Assembly (NCBI GenBank): GCA_965205655.1
Contig: CBDBIJ010000015.1
Coordinates: 1 to 64,000 of the forward strand
Length of the DNA: 64,000 bases
Direction of reading: 5' to 3'
DNA from: Candidatus Latescibacterota bacterium
GTDB lineage: Bacteria; Latescibacterota; UBA2968; UBA8231
The translations under genes were made by a program, and so were the position numbers. A model generated the notes under the pieces. That model searched no databases and was not told the DNA's origin. It was given only the letters and a program-made list of their open reading frames with translations. Below, in pieces: positions 62,025 through 64,000 of this stretch. Position 1 is the first letter of the stretch; each line of letters begins with the position of its first letter.

Positions 62025-62111
62025 TGGTGCCGAAGGTGGGACTCGAACCCACACGGAGTTGCCCCCACTGGATTTTGAATCCAGCGCGTCTACCAGTTCC
62101 GCCACTTCGGC
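62025..62111 (-). tRNA. tRNA-Leu(CAA)
   Basis: Acceptor stem GCCGAAG/CTTCGGC, D-loop GGAACTGGTAGAC, anticodon arm CTGGA-TTCAAAA-TCCAG, long variable arm, GGTTCGAGTCC, encoded CCA. Confidence 0.97.
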
Positions 62112-62128
62112 AAACTCTCAGGGATTTC

Positions 62129-62707
62129 TCAGGGAAATTCTTCCCTTCGTTCGGCCTTTGGGGGTCCGAGAATCTCGGCGTAGACGACGGCCTCTTTCGC
62201 CCTTTCAGGGGTGAGCGCCCATCGCCGACGGCGCCTGACTCTTTGGACGACTTTCTTTTGCTCTCCAGCGGCGAGCCGCTTCTTAACCAGCTCCTCCACC
62301 CGCTGTTTCGGCTGTATTTGCTGTGCCTGGATTGCGACTTCCCGGGCGCGTTCCTCCGTTTCGCGCGCCCGGCTGTCAGCCTGCTGCGCCGCCCGCTCGA
62401 GTCGCTCAATCCACGATGGCCCGGACTCTCGGGACGCCGGTGCGGGCTCGACCTGCACCTCTTCTTCGGTTTCCTCCGGCAGCGGCAGCTGTCGCTTCGG
62501 TCGGGGCTCGAAAGGATCGCCTCCCATCGGAAAGGGCCAGCCACCTTCCTCCCTTTCCTCCTCTTCATCCAAGCGCTGCTGTCGAGGTTCGGTGGGCGCC
62601 TTGTTGCGGGCATCCTCCGCGGCTCGTTTGCGATTTCTCCTCTCCAGCAGCGCCGAGATGACGCTGAAGAGGATGAAGAGCAGGAATAGTAGTTGTTCAC
62701 CCCCCAT
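62129..62707 (-). CDS. hypothetical membrane-anchored protein downstream of floA (YqfB-like position)
   Basis: N-terminal TM segment and C-terminal AVVYAEILGPPKA motif. Confidence 0.75.
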   Translation of the reverse strand: MGGEQLLFLLFILFSVISALLERRNRKRAAEDARNKAPTEPRQQRLDEEEEREEGGWPFPMGGDPFEPRPKRQLPLPEETEEEVQVEPAPASRESGPSWIERLERAAQQADSRARETEERAREVAIQAQQIQPKQRVEELVKKRLAAGEQKKVVQRVRRRRRWALTPERAKEAVVYAEILGPPKAERREEFP

Positions 62708-62724
62708 GACTTAGCTCCAACTCA

Positions 62725-63714
62725 TCAGCTCGGTTGCTCGGGACCCTCTTCACCGCTCTCAGAGATCGAGGTTCTCATCTCTGTGTCCGACTGAATATTT
62801 CGCATGCGGTAGTAGTCCATGATGCCGAGATTGCCCACCCGAAATGCCTCGGCCATGGCGCGAGGCACCTCGGCTTCCGCCTCCTTGACTCGGGCGCTCA
62901 TCTCCTCGACGAGGGCTCGCATCTCCTGCTCGCGAGCCTGTGCCATGGCGCGGCGTTCTTCGGCCTTGGCCCGGGCGATTTTCAGGTCGGCTTCCGCCTG
63001 CTCGGTCTGCAGCTTGGCGCCGATGTTCTCGCCCACGTCCACGTCGGCGATGTCGATCGACAGGATCTCGAACGCCGTTCCCGCATCCAGGCCCTTGCCG
63101 AGAACGGTCTTGGAGATGCTGTCCGGATTTTCCAACACCTGCTTGTGTGTGTCCGCCGACCCCACCGTCGTCACGATGCCCTCGCCGACGCGGGCGATGA
63201 TCGTCTCTTCGCCGGCGCCGCCCACGAGCCGGTCTATGTTCGCGCGCACGGTCACGCGGCAGGTCGCCTTTACCTGAATACCGTCTTGGGCGATGGCCGC
63301 GATGAGCGGCGTGTTGATCACCTTCGGATTGACGCTCACCTTGACCGCATCGAGGACATCGCGCCCCGCCAGATCGATGGCCGTCGCCCTTTCGAAAGAC
63401 AGTGGAATGTTGGCCTTGTCCGCCGAAATGAGCGCCAGGATTACCGCATCCACATTGCCGCCGGCCAGATAGTGAGCCTCCATGCGATCCAGGACAACGT
63501 CCAAGCCTGCCTTTTCCGCGCTGATCTTGGGCCTGACGATGGACCCCGGCGGGACCTTGCGCAGCCGCATCCCCACCAGGTCTCGAAAAATAGCGACCTT
63601 GACCCCCGCGAAGTAGGCGCTGATCCACAGACCGATGGGGACGAAGTAGGTGAAGAGAATGAAGAAAACGATGATCGCAAACAGAATTGCGACCGGAAAC
63701 AAGGCACCCGTCAT
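62725..63714 (-). CDS. floA: flotillin-like protein FloA (UPF0365/YqfA)
   Basis: [54 protein letters not shown]. Confidence 0.95.
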   Translation of the reverse strand: MTGALFPVAILFAIIVFFILFTYFVPIGLWISAYFAGVKVAIFRDLVGMRLRKVPPGSIVRPKISAEKAGLDVVLDRMEAHYLAGGNVDAVILALISADKANIPLSFERATAIDLAGRDVLDAVKVSVNPKVINTPLIAAIAQDGIQVKATCRVTVRANIDRLVGGAGEETIIARVGEGIVTTVGSADTHKQVLENPDSISKTVLGKGLDAGTAFEILSIDIADVDVGENIGAKLQTEQAEADLKIARAKAEERRAMAQAREQEMRALVEEMSARVKEAEAEVPRAMAEAFRVGNLGIMDYYRMRNIQSDTEMRTSISESGEEGPEQPS

Positions 63715-63774
63715 TTCCCACTCTCCTGAGGTTGGCCGGATCGATAGTTCGACATCTACAAGTACTGTACGCTT

Positions 63775-64000
63775 TTACTCGTCCCCATCAACCCCTTCGG
63801 GCGTTCGCTGCTTGACGACGACGCGGTTGCCGTGAACGGCCAGAACCTCCACCTGAGAGCCTGAGTTGATGAAGTCCCCCTCGGTCACCACGTCGACGAA
63901 GCGCTCGCCGAATTGAGCCCGGCCGGCCGGCCGTAGGGGCGTTAGTGCGACACCCGTTTCCATTACCAGAGATTCCAACCCGAGGGGCGCCGAATCGAAT
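63775..64000 (-). CDS. NfeD family protein, C-terminal OB domain (partial; starts outside the window)
   Basis: GVALTPLRPAG..VDVVTEGDFI..G..VEV..G.RVVV, directly upstream of floA. Confidence 0.9.
   Translation of the reverse strand, partial: FDSAPLGLESLVMETGVALTPLRPAGRAQFGERFVDVVTEGDFINSGSQVEVLAVHGNRVVVKQRTPEGVDGDE

Noticed and set aside
62025..62111. tRNA-Leu as attachment site of a prophage or island
   Set aside because: There is no integrase, and I noticed no duplicate of the tRNA 3' end in the window

Overview
GC-rich bacterial chromosomal segment. A C25 peptidase with a FlgD-Ig C-terminal domain, a GldA/F/G-type ABC system and an RpoD/SigA paralogue suggest an FCB-affiliated lineage such as Latescibacterota or Gemmatimonadota (inference only). 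Most of the window is housekeeping and accessory metabolism: mtnP, a DinG-like helicase, DAHP synthase, gltBD, pntAa/Ab/B, citrate synthase, raiA, a cold-shock protein, a sigma factor, tRNA-Leu(CAA) and nfeD-floA. Three complete IS elements have resolvable ends and target duplications. An IS66 splits an ABC-ATPase gene, and an IS1182 and an IS1380 sit side by side at CTAG sites between pntB and its RBS. There are many signs of gene decay: 1-bp indels, nonsense codons, short tandem duplications, and orphan gene tails joined to broken genes. The best candidates for undescribed biology are (i) a DUF455 diiron + ATP-grasp fusion translationally coupled to a Gfo/Idh/MocA dehydrogenase and MTA phosphorylase, (ii) a stand-alone secretin with a ~290-aa C-terminal extension plus a coupled lipoprotein, (iii) an SplB-like radical SAM protein with a non-canonical CX6CX3C motif, and (iv) an ABC-ATPase coupled to a GldAF / tandem-GldG / DUF4340 operon. 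No CRISPR array, rRNA or prophage was seen. All family assignments come from motif recognition by eye, not database searches.
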